A stretch of 64,000 nucleotides of DNA, from assembly GCA_009103225.1 (NCBI GenBank), contig RHPI01002262.1, positions 248,001 to 312,000 on the forward strand, read 5' to 3'. Made by a program: the position numbers and the translations under genes. Source of the stretch: Chlorokybus atmophyticus (taxonomy: Eukaryota; Plantae; Mesostigma and Chlorokybus algae). Below the pieces are notes generated by a model. That model saw nothing but the letters and a program-made list of their open reading frames with translations, ran no database searches and had not been told where the DNA came from. Positions 37,067-51,536 of this stretch are shown in pieces (the stretch's first letter is position 1; the number at the start of each line of letters is the position of its first letter).

Positions 37067-38638
37067 GGCAGGCAACGGATCAGCATAATTGAGAGAGAGT
37101 GTACAAAGTATGCAATGAGGTCTTAATGCGCGTTGATATTGTATTGTGTTTGCATGATTGTGTGGACGTCTACTTTCCAAATGGATTTCTCGTGATAGTT
37201 GTTGTTGCGGGCACAAAGCGTGCCGACATTTCTGGCCGCACACTGTGATGTGCGCGCATTGAATAAGCGGTTGAATTGCGTGCCACTTCAAGAGTTGACA
37301 CTTGTCTTCAATACATAAACTCCATGCACTGGTTGTGTGCATATAGGGTGATCAGCTACAGGTATACACTCAAGTCTCAAGGACTAGGGCATATGCATAT
37401 GTGGCTGGGGGCCAAGCAGTTGTTCTCATTGTGGCAGAGTCGTCTTCGTCATCGTGCATGTCGCCAGCTTCAAGGGCCCTTTGGCTAATCTCTCCCTTCC
37501 GTGCGGTCAGCAGGTGGTTATGGTTGCTGTACAAGTGTCTCTGCATCTCGTGCTGCTCCTGTTGCTGCCTGGTGTACTTGGTTGTCTTCCAGAGTCTTGG
37601 GGTGTGTACAAAGAACGTGGAGAGTATTAGCTGCGCGCAACGCATGCTACACACAGCATACATGGAGTGCTTGACTATCAAAGCTGTCGCCGGGAAGGCT
37701 TCCCATGGGGGCCATAGCCATTGTCGCGTCGTGCGTGCACTGTGCGGCGTGGACATCTCTAACGCTCCTGCGTGGTACTGGCAGGTGATCTTCGACACCT
37801 TCCTTTGTTTTTCTGCTTGCTTACCCCTCCTCCCTCTGGTCTAGCTACAGCACACAGTTAGTGTAGAGGGCCCCCCACCCAGTTGTCAGTAGCTTTGCAG
37901 TGCTTGTTGCTCTTGTTTGTATTACTGTTGTTCTTCTCATACCAGTTGCTTTGGTTTGACTACAGTTCCACGTGTTGTGCCTTTTACATGACACAACACA
38001 ACTTGCCACTGCATGCCAAGAGCTAGCGCCATCAACAGCATATATGACATGCTTATTAATTACACAACGCACCTTTAACACGACCACCTGGCTCAACTAC
38101 GCTCACGCTGCCTACTTCTCTACCTACTCTACCACTACAACTACCCCACCCTGCTAGTCATGCATGCTGTGTTCCTTCCAAGTCTTAGTGTGAAAGCTCT
38201 ACCTTAGGCCCCCGTCTAATCAACAACAAACACTACTGGCACATTAAAATCACCTGCTCTAGTGTGTTGTGTATCGTCTTGCTATGATGGGTTTGCTTGC
38301 ATCTTGCACGCCGACTTTGAGGGCCTTGCACAGCTCTTATGCAAATTATGTGTATACCAAAGAGGTAAGCCAGTAATGCACCTATGTGCGTGCACGTCCG
38401 CGACTATGTATGCATGCGCGGTCATAAACACGTTGTCATACTTGCATACTGCTTACGTACAGCTTCGTCTCTCTCTAAGAGCGCCGACATATGCGTTTGC
38501 CCGTGAGGGGCTACAATGCTCTAAAATCAGAACAACTCGATGACCACTGAGGTGCTCGCAGTGCGTTGCTTCATACCAAGCAGACCACCGCATACGAAAC
38601 AATATGAACGGCTGCAGTGCACCCATTCAGCAGCCTGC

Positions 38639-41322
38639 TCAGTCCTCATCATCTGCCAAGCAAAGGAAAGGCATCAACATGAAGTCACACACACCACTCC
38701 ATGCGTAAAAGTGCAGAGATTGGTGTTGTGACTTGCCTGACCGAATGTCTTTATTTATTTTGCCTGCGGCCAGCAGCTGCCTCTGAACCATGCGCATAAT
38801 GAGGTAGAACCAGTACAGGTTGAGCACCATCAGCACCGACAACATGACGTTGAACTCATAGTACTGGCGAGGGTATGGCTTCGTCAGATGCAGCATTTCC
38901 ACGGACTGGATGCTGCGCACAACACGCATATCAATCTCTTACGTTTGTAGTACTCAAAGGTATGACACGTTACAGACACACTTGGTGACAACAACTGATA
39001 AACAATGACCAACTCAACCTGCACTCAATCATGTCATGAACAGGCAAACATCCCACAACGCATGAAAAGGCGCATGAGCAACAGCACCCACCATGGGGAT
39101 GAGTGAGTACGTGTTGGCAGTGGTTGTTGGCACACAACCAATGTGAACTCTCCCATGCAAGCCTTGATATGCATAACTCGCATATGAGTTTCAACCCAAC
39201 CAATTCAGTAGCGCGCAAACAGATAGCCATTCATGTTGTTGGTTGTACCTTGTGCTCCAGAGGATCCAGAAGGGGAAGTATATCAGCCTGAGCAGGATCC
39301 AGCTGGCCAGGAACACGCCAAACAGGCCCTGGACAAGGGTCTCCCACTTGGCCAGATTGGCCAGCTTGGCCGCCCCCAAGAACACGTCGCATGTGTCGTG
39401 GAGCAGGATAACCATAGAACCAATGCGAAACAACCTGTTCAAGGAGTGTGCACTAGGGCTCACATACACACATACACAAGCACATGCATATGCACAGACG
39501 CACGCACGCACGCACGCAACAACAATTCGACAGCTACCAGGCTTACCCTTCAAGATATGAGTACGAGAGCAGGCCGAAGGTAACAACATGGTGGGTGATC
39601 ATGACCCAATAATCCTTCTTCTTGTCTTCTACAAAAGCCACTGCAAACGCGGAGTACGCATAATAGGCCGTCTCCACAAAGTACAAATATTTGAGCTGCG
39701 GACTGCGAGAAACGGCCAACACATATACACAGGCATCAGCACACGTGTTTGCTACATGTTATACCTGTGCATGCAACAACAACACAACAATGAACCACAC
39801 CCTCACCTCAAAGCTTGGGTTGGAGCGCCAATCCAGAAGTGAGTTGTGTCGGTGAACCATGGCTCCTTGTACACCACAAGCAGCGCATAACACGAGGTGA
39901 ACAGGTAATATGAGAACTTCCATGACTCGTCATTCCATTTCACCATCTTCCTGTCTGCTGCGCCATGCTCAGCCTTTACATTGTCATCCTTCTTCTTGAT
40001 GCCGAGGAAATACTGCCCCAGTGGCTGCAACACACAAGCAGTATCGACACAGGGCACACACTATGACAGATACATCACATGTGCAAGCAGGTTGAAAGCA
40101 AGGAACCGAAACATTTACAATAGCACTATGCACACACGCAAGCATGTCAGCACGCGCGCACGGGCATGCGCAAAACTCACCTCGAAGACGTCCTTGCACA
40201 ATATGTGCCGTATGGTAGGATAAATGCAGAGCAACACAAGGAAGAAGAAGCCATCGTTCCAAGCCACCCTCGCTTTGAACTGCTCATGAAAAGGCAAACA
40301 TACTACACTGAAACATGCACGCCAATACAGACTCTAACAAAGTACAGTGCATGGTGACTGGTGGACATCATCATCGCTTCGCCCAGCCAGATAATACTAT
40401 AGGAGTATGACCGTATGATGGACGAACCTTTTCAGAAAGCGGGGTGGAGTAATCGAGTTTTGACGTAGGTAACCGCAGCGTGTCTCCTGAGCCAGGCTTA
40501 ACAACAACCTCTCCCCAGGCAACACCTGCAAAATTTTCAAGCCCGTAAACATGCAACACACAACAAGAACTGCAAAGTCAACGCATACACAATGCATGAC
40601 GGTTTGGCCTACCTCACAATAGTGCTAAAATACATGTTGCAAACATGCCGTGAGCAATCAGTGGATAGTGGTTGGAAAAACACATGAGAATGCAGTTTAA
40701 TATACAGTGAGCGAATTGCTGACGGCCTGAGCAGATCTCAAATCTCAAGTGATTACGATGACATACAACCTTCGTTGAGTTGGTTGTCAAGTAAGTGCGG
40801 CAGCGGCACAATTGTTGTGTGCCAACGCGCAAAGCAACAGTGTTGCGCACAATGACGCTGTGATGTAATGCAGAAGGCGCAACAGCAAATACAAACAAAA
40901 CACGATAAACCAACTGTGTCCAGCTACTGCAAGCGCATGCTATGCTATGCAAGCTAGCCAACACAGCGGCCACCGTCTCAACACAAATGAGCAACGCATT
41001 GTGGATGCACAAACTGCAGTAAGAAGGAGCAGAATTGCAGCAGAACTGTCCGCGGCATTAACAGCTGACACATACGAGAATGTAACTGTAGGCATGTTTC
41101 ACAGCTGCGGTGTGTTGCGTTGTAATGCAGTAACAACTTCGCTGGCACAATGCGGATGCTGTGCTGTCACCATGCTGCAGCTGCTCAGCTGCAGATCATG
41201 CTCTCTATATCAAAGCAAGCAAGTCGCCTCTCACCAAACAGCAACCCGCAAGCGGCAACGCATCCCGCAGATAACCACGCCCGCGTCAACGACGACGGCG
41301 ACGGCCGGCGTAGGGACAGCAT
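38639..41322 (-). CDS. LAG1: Ceramide synthase (LAG1/LAC1, TLC domain)
   Basis: Exons encode KMVKWNDESWKFSYY, the Lag1 motif KKDYWVMITHHVVTFGLLSYSY / RIGSMVILLHDTCDVFLGAAK, WILLRLIYFPFWILWST, NLYWFYLIMRMV and the acidic terminus KDIRS|DDED* (stop at 38639). The ATG at 41322 is provisional. Confidence 0.92.
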
Positions 41323-44300
41323 GGGGGAAAGGGCAGGACTCCGGCCGGCAGGGGACCTGTCACCCCACCCACCCCCGCCCACACCTCCGCCGCCCAACGA
41401 CCCCCGTCACCGTCACCGCCGTCACCGCCGCCGCCTCCTGCTCCTGCTCCTGCTCCTGCTTCAGACACCTGCTGGCTGAGTGCTGCTGGCCTTTCCCGCC
41501 CACCCATCCGCGGCGCTGAGCAGCTGTGAGGGGGACAGCCAAGCTAAGCCAAACCAAGCCGCGCGTGGCGCTTTGCTGCGCAGCTTGGTCGTCTTTATAA
41601 CTGGCAAGTGCATTGCCGATGTGCAACATTGGGCACGGTAATGTCGCGCTGTGCCAATACCTCAGTAATAAAAAGGGGTTACCATGTTAGAAACAACTGT
41701 CACATGCATGCATTGTTAGTATCAGTGTATGTGATGAAGATGTTGCCTGCATGGTTCACAACAGATAGCTGATTTGAAACAGCAGGGGCCAGTCAGATAA
41801 GCAAGCAACGATTGCATGTATACTAAAAACGGAATTAAACGAAATACTTATGTTAATCATGTGTAGCATGACAATAGATATAGGTCTACACGGCGGCATC
41901 TGCGTCGTGCAAATGCGTAAACACTCATGTTTGATGTGGTTAACTTGCTACTCTTGGTGGAGAGCGCCGCAACCAGGAGATGTTTGAATAATGCATGCGA
42001 GCGGCTAATCATTACCATGATGGTGCATTTTTTAATCAATGTCATCACGATGTTATGAGGTAACATCTGTACATATTAAGCCATAAAAGTGATTGTCTCT
42101 GCAGTATTTGGTTATGTGCAAAAGCCATACAGAAGCTCGTTTGTTATTTTAACTAAAATTCATGTTGCAGCCATAGTGGATGGGTTTTGACGTGGTTTAC
42201 TTTGGCTGCTTGTGTACTTACTGTTATGAAGGTTTATAGTGTTACCAGTTTTGATGACGCAAAAAGAAAGAAAATATCCTTTAGGTATCTTACATTGGAT
42301 GCCACTCTCTCTCTGCTGTGAATGGTCTCGAGTTGGGTTGAACTCTGCTAAATTTGTACGTTACTACATTTGTGTATATGGGTTGTTTACTCTTGGCTAG
42401 ACACTATACTACCATGTGCACGACTTCAAGATTGTGTGTGCTGGCTTGAATAAATTAAGCCAGCACACAATCGTAAGTTGCTTGGATAGCAACCTTTCTG
42501 CCTCAATATACAAATTGTATATCTATGATACAATAAATTTGTCGTACTGTATGTTAAGCCACTATTGTTACCGAAGTTTTAGATCTGAGCACATCCCGCA
42601 AACCATTTGGTAAATTGCTAATTAGCACCCATAAACATTGGCATTTCGTTTTCAACTTACAACAAATGGTCATGTACAATTGTACAAAAATTGCGTGTAC
42701 AAATGCTTAAAAGGTTAACATACAAATACACAACAAATTCATACAATAAGTTGAACAGAAAGATCACTTATAGAAAATGCAGCGTAGTAGACACATATAC
42801 TGCATAATAACAAATTAGTAAGACTTGTTTATAAGATGCGCAGCTTTAAGTTCATTGGATCAACGAACTTATTTATCCACGTTGGCATGAAAAGTGAAGG
42901 TTTGGTTTGCGCCATTTAAACTTACCCAAGAGCGCATGTTCATTTCAGCAATTGGTGCGAGCTGAGATCTATGAAATACATAAATGTATCTACGTAATAG
43001 CCGTCCTCGAAATAGGCTCCGGCACACCTACACAATAATTGAATATGTGCGCGCATATATGCAACTTTCATTGGCATGCATGCAAACCGTTATGCAATGT
43101 TATCGTTCATGTCTTTATACTATTCTTTGCCTGCATGTCATTTATAACAAGCTCTGATTGCCAGTATGGCTTTTGGAATTGTGTCTTAGCTCATGTTCCG
43201 AATATTTGTTTTTATCATATCATCATTATGTGACGATAGAACCAATAAGGTATTCGATTGCACACGTTAACAGTGGCACTGTTCTGTTTCTTTTCCGTAA
43301 ACGTGAGCGACACAGCAGTTCAAGCATGATTGGGGTCGATGACATGTACTGTTGATAAAGCAAAATAAAGTTATTGATGGATCTAACTCTGTTTGTAACG
43401 GAGTGCTACCTCTATAGAAGTTCCCGCCCTTATTTAGGGTTACATAAGGGTCCTAACGGGGTTAGACAGCCAATTAAGGCATATTAGGGCTATTAAAACC
43501 TAGTGTTAATGCTCTAATATAATGTTGCGATAAGTAACACTAATATCGGCAGGAGACTCATGTCTCATGCCGATATCAACCGCATGACGGCGCTGCTAAC
43601 GCAGCGACCGCCATAGCCGGAGTATCTGTTGCTCTGGCAACTGCCACGGCGGCGGCGGTAGCGTCGGCGTGGCTGATGGTGGTGTTGGGGTGAGGGATTA
43701 GAGGGAGGAGGGGTACTCCCCCTTACATCGGTATCGGAGCACGGGCGGCAAGGGGCCCGTGGGAGGTGCGGCGACAGGTAACAGGCACTGCAGGGGCGGC
43801 GGCAAGCGGCAGGCACCGCAGCGGCAGGCGGCAGCGACGGCAACTAATGGTAGTTATTATTTTATTTTCTTTTACTGCTGTGGTAACGCTGCTGCTGGTG
43901 CCTAGCCTAACCTAGCCTAGCATGGCAGATCATGCCATGCCATGCCATGCCTAACCTGCCTGTCATAGTCCAGTTTGTTATTGGATGAAGGGAGGCGGCC
44001 ATCCAGGCCCCTCCCTCAAGCATTGCATGCAAGCATACAACATAGTAATCATATACTGATTATTTTACCATATATTGTGTGCTGACCACCACGTGGATTC
44101 GTGGTGGTGTAAGGGTTTTCATCCATTTTCGATAACTCCCTTAAGGGCAGTTCGGTGACAACGATTGCCTCGTTACCGCCAATGAGCGCGGTGAGGCCGC
44201 CAGAATTTACTGAGCGGCCAATATCAAATTTCAGACTCACAACTCGATGATACCAGCCTGTAAGGTCGAGTTAACGAGATTTTGGCACCCCGTGTGTCAA

Positions 44301-44561
44301 TTGTAGTTATAGTTATGAGTGGAGCTGGGTTGTACAAACTAAAACTTTGAGCAGCCATCGTGAACCGTCGCGTGCATTCGCTTACGGTTTATATTAAAGT
44401 GATTGTCGAGTTAAAAGGTGTTTGGAGAGCTCTGCTTTTAGCTGTATACTCTACATAAACCCCTTGAAAACTTGACGCGACAAAAGCACGAAGTTTTGCC
44501 ACTTCATGCAGTGCACAATCTGTGTATTGTGCATTTGCTAACGGCTTATATCCTTGGGCAG

Positions 44562-46335
44562 ATGGCTGACCAAGGAGAGGGAGGTGAGAAGTACTTCGCC
44601 GTCCCTGACTCATCATCGTCATATGAGCCATTGGGTGATGACAAAGTGAGGAACTCGGATATGAGTGAGAGCTACAAGCTCACTGCGAGTGACAAGGAGA
44701 AAGCTGAGCAAGATAGCGAAGCTTCTCCCAACCAGTCTACTCAGAGTGGACCAGCTGCAATAGACACACAAAGTGTCATTGGCGGGGCTATTAAGAAGTA
44801 TGCCTCGGAGCGTAAGGCTCTACGTGACACCAACCCTTAGCTTCGTCAGGAAGCGTGGGAGGCGTGGGCACAGAAGGTTCGGGATAGCTATGAAACGGAC
44901 TTTGACACTTCCTCCGAGGAAACGAGTCTTACAAGCAAGGAAATGGTGATCCGTATGCTTGAGCACGAGTTGACGAACAATGTTCCGCTACTTGTGCTTG
45001 GCGATTTTAAAGTGGCTGCTCTCATGGCTGTTTATGATAAGCCACTCTCATACGAAGGGAAGCGAATGGCGTTTGAAGCCTTGGCCAACTTGGTGGTGGA
45101 AACCTCGCAGCGTTGCAAGGATGTGTTATAATACTTGGGGCTTAAATCAGTCTCGGAGGACAAGTTGGCTAGCTAAGTCAAGTTAACAACACGCCTTGAT
45201 GTTATACAATTTCAATTGGTGGCGCTTCGCCAGCAGGTGACGGGTGCTACTTCTGCAGCTAGTACGTCGGCGGGGCTGCCGGTTACAGCGTTGAACACTC
45301 CCGAGAAGTTCAAGCCCAACGGCAGCGTTACCATCCACGACTGGGTGGTGACTGTCAAGCACTATTTGACAGCATTAAGATGCCATTTGGTGAGCTAATT
45401 GCTATTGCTAAGTTGCTTATGCTGTCTGACGCACTCGCCAAATGGGCGAGACAGACATATGATGGTGCTTTAAAGATAGTAGAAGCACTGTATCAGTTTC
45501 TGTTGGAACAATATGGTGGCATGGACCTGGCCACTCAGGCTCGTAACAAACTCAGCAAGTTGCAACAAAATGGTCGGGCCGCTTCGGTGTATATGCGAGA
45601 GTTTCAGTAATTGGTGGGTCGCGCTAACAGTGGCCTGATGCCTATAGATAATGCCGAGCAGCTTGAGTTGTGCAAGCGTGGCTTAGATGCGCGTGTGCGC
45701 GATCACTTGCAGTACAACACGGCAACCTGACTGCCTTGGGTTCCTGCCGACTTGACCACATTGCAAAAGCTAAGTGCATACATGTATGATGACGACATGG
45801 CGATGCAGGAAAAATCACATGTAGCAGCTGCGGCCAAGCCGCAAGGAGTGGGAGGCAAGCGTTACCATCAGCCGAGCGTACACGCGGCAAAAAGCCAACA
45901 ACTTACATGCCCCCCACCAGTGCTACAGGTGGTGTTGCGCCTGCTGCGGCTTGCAACTGTTTCATGTGCCGTCAGCTTGGCCACATTGCAAAGAGTTGCC
46001 CAAACAAGGCGAAGGGCAAGGCCAAGAAAGCTGAATACGATTACGCCGTAACTGATGTAAGAGTGGTTGATAGTCAGTTGCTTGAGATGCAGGCAGTAAA
46101 CTGGTTTAATGATATGTCCCAAGTGCATGTAATGACATATGCATGGCAAGCACATGACAAGCAACCACTTTTTAATATTGGAAACGTGGAAGAAAATGCT
46201 TGTGTACTGGTACATGTGAAATTTCACATGCTTACCGATGTGTTGCATGCATTGACTGACTTGCAAAACCTTGAGTATGGCGGTGATGGTGCCAAAGTAT
46301 CATGGCCCATGGTTAAAGCATACTCGGGGGGGTAG
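44562..46335 (+). pseudogene. Ty3/gypsy-like retrotransposon gag remnant with a CCHC zinc knuckle; no recognisable pol
   Basis: PEKFKPNG...IHDWV...HYL, QFLLEQYG...QARNKLSKLQQNG...YMREFQ and CFMCRQLGHIAKSC (CX2CX4HX4C), with several stops and frameshifts. A PBS-like TGGCACCCCG lies at ~44283 and a G-run PPT-like tract at ~46325-46334. Confidence 0.8.
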
Positions 46336-47269
46336 TATCTTAAAATAATGCAACAAGCGTGAAACAGGGACATGACGATTGTCAGCAATTTTGATCAAAC
46401 CCCCACATTAATCATGGACTCTTGGCTACCTTTTAAAGACGAGTGGTACCTTTGTTGTGGACATTTAGTGGCACAATGCAGGGTGCAAATATTGGCAACG
46501 GCCGTGCACCTGAGGATACTCAGTTGCACGGTCGTGGCTCAGTCCACCTGTAATCTCAATGATGTAATGGCCGTCACCGCCAGTCGGCGGCCGTTTGCAT
46601 AAAGGGACTGACCTAGACTGACAGGTACCTGTTAATTGTTTAACAGGTATTATTTATCAGTTCGAAATAACAGCAATCAATACTGTGTTGGTTTCTTATT
46701 GCATGTATTGCATGTGACGTGCTGCATGCATGCCAACATGTGCTTCTCAACGTTAGTAACATTTTCAATGTTGACTCCACGTTGATGAGCGCATCTCACT
46801 GTACCATGACATCCTCTTCAACAATTATGAAGCATTGCTTGGTCATAGAGTAGGCTCCAACTTCAAAATCCTTATACTTGATTCACAAATGCACATCCAC
46901 ACTACCTAAGACATGATACTTCTTCATTGCATTGGGTAGGCACGGCAATCATTCATGATGTTTGTGAGCATGCAGCATGTTTTATGCTTATACGCAAATA
47001 TGCTTACAACAGGTCGACGCAAGCGTTCGGCTGGCGGCGGCGGCGGCGGCGATTGTCTATGTCCGGAGCCAGGACATCTTCACTCACCTACATATGGTAG
47101 GCGCTCTGCTGATATGCGGTATGACAGCTGGTCAGCAATGCACGCATCCACAACGCATGCAACCACTGTTTTGATGTGGACACCAGCTTTGTTCACATGC
47201 AAAGCAAGCCCCAACGAACCTTAACTACACGTACACACCGCCTGTTCTAGTGACTGCAGCTACACCAGC

Positions 47270-50200
47270 ATGGTCACCCAAAAGCAGCCGCAGCAGCCGA
47301 AGCAGCCCTCCTCCGCCGCAGCTGCCGACGCCAACCCCACAGCCCACAACAACCACCTCAACATCAAGTCACATCTCAGCAACAAGCATCTCAACACCAC
47401 CACCAACAAGGCCAGCAGCAGCGACAAGCTCAACAACATCATCAACAGTGTCAGCCATGTGAGGCTGTACGTGGGCGGGTTGCCGTCTGCAGGCGTTACG
47501 CCGGACCAGCTGGCGGAGCGGTTCAGGCCGTTTGGGACTGTGTCTGACGTGGAGATTGACTGCAAGGATAGGCGATTTGCACATCTCACGCTACTGCCCA
47601 AAGCCGCGGATAGGTAAGGGGGGGCTTTGGGGTGTTGTGATTGTGATTGTGGTTGTGGTTGTGGTTGTTCGTTTGTTTGTCTGTGGTTGGTGAAGCAGGA
47701 CAGCACCATGCATCCGTTGGTGTGTTACCACTTATGTGCATGCTTGTAGTTTGTGTGGTGACTTGATGTCAATAGTAAAACCAAGGCAACCACCAAACAC
47801 CCAAACAAGCACTGGAACGTACAGACAGCAAAGTTTACCTTTCGTTCCAGCGAGCAGTTAGTGCTCAGCATGCCGCAACAATAATGCTTGCCCATTTCAG
47901 TCAACAACCTTGGTTCACATGAAGTAAATATGCTTCGAGTCAAACTCGAAGGATAGTCTCACACTGCAATGCGACTGACTGTTTAAGAAATCAACACGAG
48001 TGTTTTGCACGCACGTCGTTCTCCCAAATGTGACTGGCAACATGGCAAGAGTGACAACAGGACTGTGACTGTGCGTCGACGCAATGCAACAAGTGTCACA
48101 ATATACTATTGCGCCAGTGTGCAGAGGTGTTTTTCGGTGTACAATGGCGCGCGATGGCTGGGGTCAGCGCTCAGAATCGCAACATCCAAGCCGACGTTTG
48201 TGGAGCGACTTCAAGCCGAGTGGCAGGCGGATGCGGCGGCTCAAGCCATGGCTGATGACAACAGGTTTGCTTGGTAGTTTGTGCTTTGTGTTGTGAGTGG
48301 CACGCGCACGCACGCACGCATGCGCATGTGGTGCAGGCGCGCGTTCATACATCCACATACACGCGTGTGCGTGGGTGCCGTCGTGCAGACATGTGTATGT
48401 GTGTATGTGTGCTTGTGCGCGTGTATGTGTGCGTGCGTGCATGCAGGCGCCTGCGTGCGCGTGTGCGTGGTTGTGGGCGCATTCGCGTGCATGTGTGTGA
48501 CTGTGTGCGCCTGTTTCTGGTTAACACACGAGTGTGTTAAGACGTTGTTTCACTCAGGGACAATGGCACAAACCTGTTGCCACACGCGCTCGCGAACCCC
48601 TCCTCCACACTTCACATACGCCCACACCCCTTAGCCAAGGAGGTAATGAGTTTAGTTTTTCTGACCAAGTAACGCCATTGAAGCATGCCATTGTCATCAT
48701 CATGGTTGAATGCTGTAAGTGCTTTTGTTTTTTGTGTTGTGTTTTGTTTTTGTTTCTCATCCTTTTTATTTGGTTTGACTTGCATCGCAGACAATTGAAG
48801 TGCCTGTAAGCGGCAGCGCCAAAAAGCACAGGCGTAACTTTCCCGAACTCACTTTTTCTTACAAACCCAACACTACTTCATTGTGGGACCTTCTGCACAC
48901 GCCATCATCAACCACACCAACCAAGCCTAAGGTTCAACCCTCCAAGCCCAAAAGCCAGCCAAACAATACAAACAACACCCCCAACACCGCATTACGAGCC
49001 AGCAACACACCCGTGACGCAAGCGCGGCCGCGGCTTTCCCTCAATGACATCCCGCATGCGACGAGGACTCCATTACATGATGTGGATGTTGGTGATGATG
49101 ATGAAAGGGTTGTGGATGACATGGAAGAAGAGCCGCCGACCCCACCGCGGCGTGATGAAAGGTTTCTCCTTCGCAACCTCAAGCGCAAAACAGTATGTAT
49201 GTATGTATGTATGTATGATAACTTTATTTTCTGGCGAAAAGGCTTGCATAAGCTTGCATGCGTGTGCATGCGCTCAGTTATATGTGACTCCGTAAAGTTA
49301 TGACCCTAAAACACTCGAGATAGAAATCGTAACCCAGCACATTGATCATGTTGCTTGCTGCATGCACTTTGGAGCCTTGGTTACCATACCACATGGACCA
49401 AGAGCAGTGGTGCTGGTAATATCTCAACTTCATGCACACTTCTGAGGTTATCACATCATCAACAGGATCAAGCGGAGTCTGCTGTTGGTGCTATGAATGG
49501 TAAGTTTCATGTACTGCTGATGGATGGATTCCAACAAGTGATGCACTTGGTGTTCGTGTATTCCTGCTGTTCGCGGGTTCCCTACATACAATTTGTATTG
49601 ATAAGTTTATCTTGCAGATGATATCGATCCCACTGAAAGAGAGGCACTCGACGGCGAGCGTGATCGCCAGTTGGAACTGTTATCTGCAATGTTCCCGTCA
49701 CAAAACCCTGCCTCTGAAAAGTAAGCGCTGCATGAGAGCACGCGTTGGCGTGCAGTTGCGCATGCGTCTGCGTGTGTGCATATGCTGTGACGAGTGCTTT
49801 TGCTTCCTTTAGCTATGCATGCAGCAAATCCGTTTGGTAGTGTACCCATAAGTTGCTTATCGTACCTGTAGTGCAGCATCAGTTGCATGTGCATGCTTTG
49901 CCCGCGCGTGATGGATTGTCAAATGTGCTCTGCAGGCCTGCAGTTAACCTGCAACCGCGCGTAAAGAAGAACCTTCCCGCGTTCTCATCCACATCACGCT
50001 TTGATCCAACGCACAGTGATGACGCTGATGAAGCTGTTGACAATGGTGAACAGGTTTCAAGTGAGATAGCAGTCAAGCCTGTTGTTTCATCAGTAGCAGC
50101 ATCACGAGCATTTATGAAAGAAAGGGACCCCTCTTTGCTGCTGCGCAACCTGAAGCGGTTGAAGGCTGGCACTGAGGCGGTTGGTGACAGCGCTGCCAAT

Positions 50201-50743
50201 GCTGCCGGCAATGCTGAGCTGAGAAGAGGTGTTGATGCTGATAATGATGATACGAGCATTGGTGATGCGAGTGCGGGAGTTGGCAAATTATTGGAAAGTG
50301 GCAAGCAGTTGCCTGCTGCTGCGCGCAAGGAGGGCACGTGGGCGAGTCTCACTGCAGGAGGACATAAGTTTGTGCTGCAAGACTCGCAGCAACAGGCACA
50401 ACGACCACCACCACCACAAAGACAGCCACAACATGAACAACAGCAGCAGCAGCAAAAACAGCCACAACCACAACCACAACAGCAGCAGCCACAACCGCAA
50501 CAACAACAGTTCCAACTACCGCAACCACAGCCACAGCCACAGCCACAGCCACAGCTACCAGCGGCTCCACTGTGCCGGTTCATGCGCAGCGGGAGTGCGG
50601 CGGAAGTGGAGGCTGAGTGGCGTGCAAAGCGGGCGACGCTGCTTGAGGACTTCAAGCGCAAGCGGCGTGCGGCTGCAAAGGACGGCACAGCGGCGGCGGC
50701 TGCAGCCAAGCGGCCCGCTCGTGGCGCGAAGACGGCACGATGA
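47270..50743 (+). CDS. NOL8: Nucleolar protein 8-like (N-terminal RRM; C-terminal conserved basic motif)
   Basis: RRM RLYVGGLPSAGVTPDQLAERFRPFGTVSDVEI...RFAHLTL, then CFSVYNGARWLGSALRIATSKPTFVERLQAEW and C-terminal CRFMRSGSAAEVEAEWRAKRATLLEDFKRKRRAAAK. A Q/P-rich low-complexity tract lies at ~50390-50560. Orthology is assigned from remembered motifs. Confidence 0.75.
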
Positions 50744-51536
50744 GAGCGTGAATGGAGAACGTGTTCATACTGAATATCAAGGATGGTCATGTGTGGTGAG
50801 AGCTGCTCAGCACAAAGGGGCTAGTCGAGTTCACTAGTACGCTAGTCGACTAGTGTCATTGATTGTTAGTGTACTTCTTGGCACCGAGACTGCAGCGTGA
50901 CACTGATGTGCATTGTCGCTGGGTTGAGTGGTATTGGGTTGTAATGACCGTGACTGTGAGCATCGCTACATTGCATGTGGGTGACAAATGATGAGCCCGG
51001 TTGCTTCTGTGCAGTGATAGATATATCCCGGGAAATGCAGAGTGTCGCTTGTGTGCGTGTGAGTGGGCGCAGATTATTTCGAGATGTTGTAGCTCTCTGC
51101 AGCACTGGTTGCGCATTGTGTTGAGACGTCGCAAGCACATCAGGGCGGCAGCAACCTGAGGGTCTGTTACATTTGCTGAGTCGTTTGCTATCAGTGAGTT
51201 TGCGACCTAATTGAAATTGAAACTGCCCACGCACGAACCGCAGTCGTGATCTTTGTGCTCAGGCCAACATGCTGCTGCAAAGGTACGTGTGCTTGATGTT
51301 GTGGTTGTTGGATCGAGTCAACACTTGTAGATATGCGGGAACAGGCGTCATGCAGAAACAGGCATCAAACACCCGGTCCTCAATTTCGGGAAAGGGTATA
51401 GCTGTAGACGTTTGACTCGCAAGCCAAAGTCAACATCTATGCCTGATGATATGTTCACTCGCGTCTTATGTCCTGCAGGTAGTATGCGCGAGAATAGCGT
51501 TGCATGCGCGAGAATGGAAGCAGCCTTCCGCATACG

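Noticed and set aside
49879-50790. 303-aa antisense ORF overlapping NOL8 (likewise antisense ORFs over GID8 and MER3)
   Set aside because: Shadow frames of GC-rich, low-complexity sense exons.
50818-50855. Four CTAGT motifs in the NOL8 3' region as a Helitron 3' end
   Set aside because: No upstream GC-rich hairpin or associated element body.
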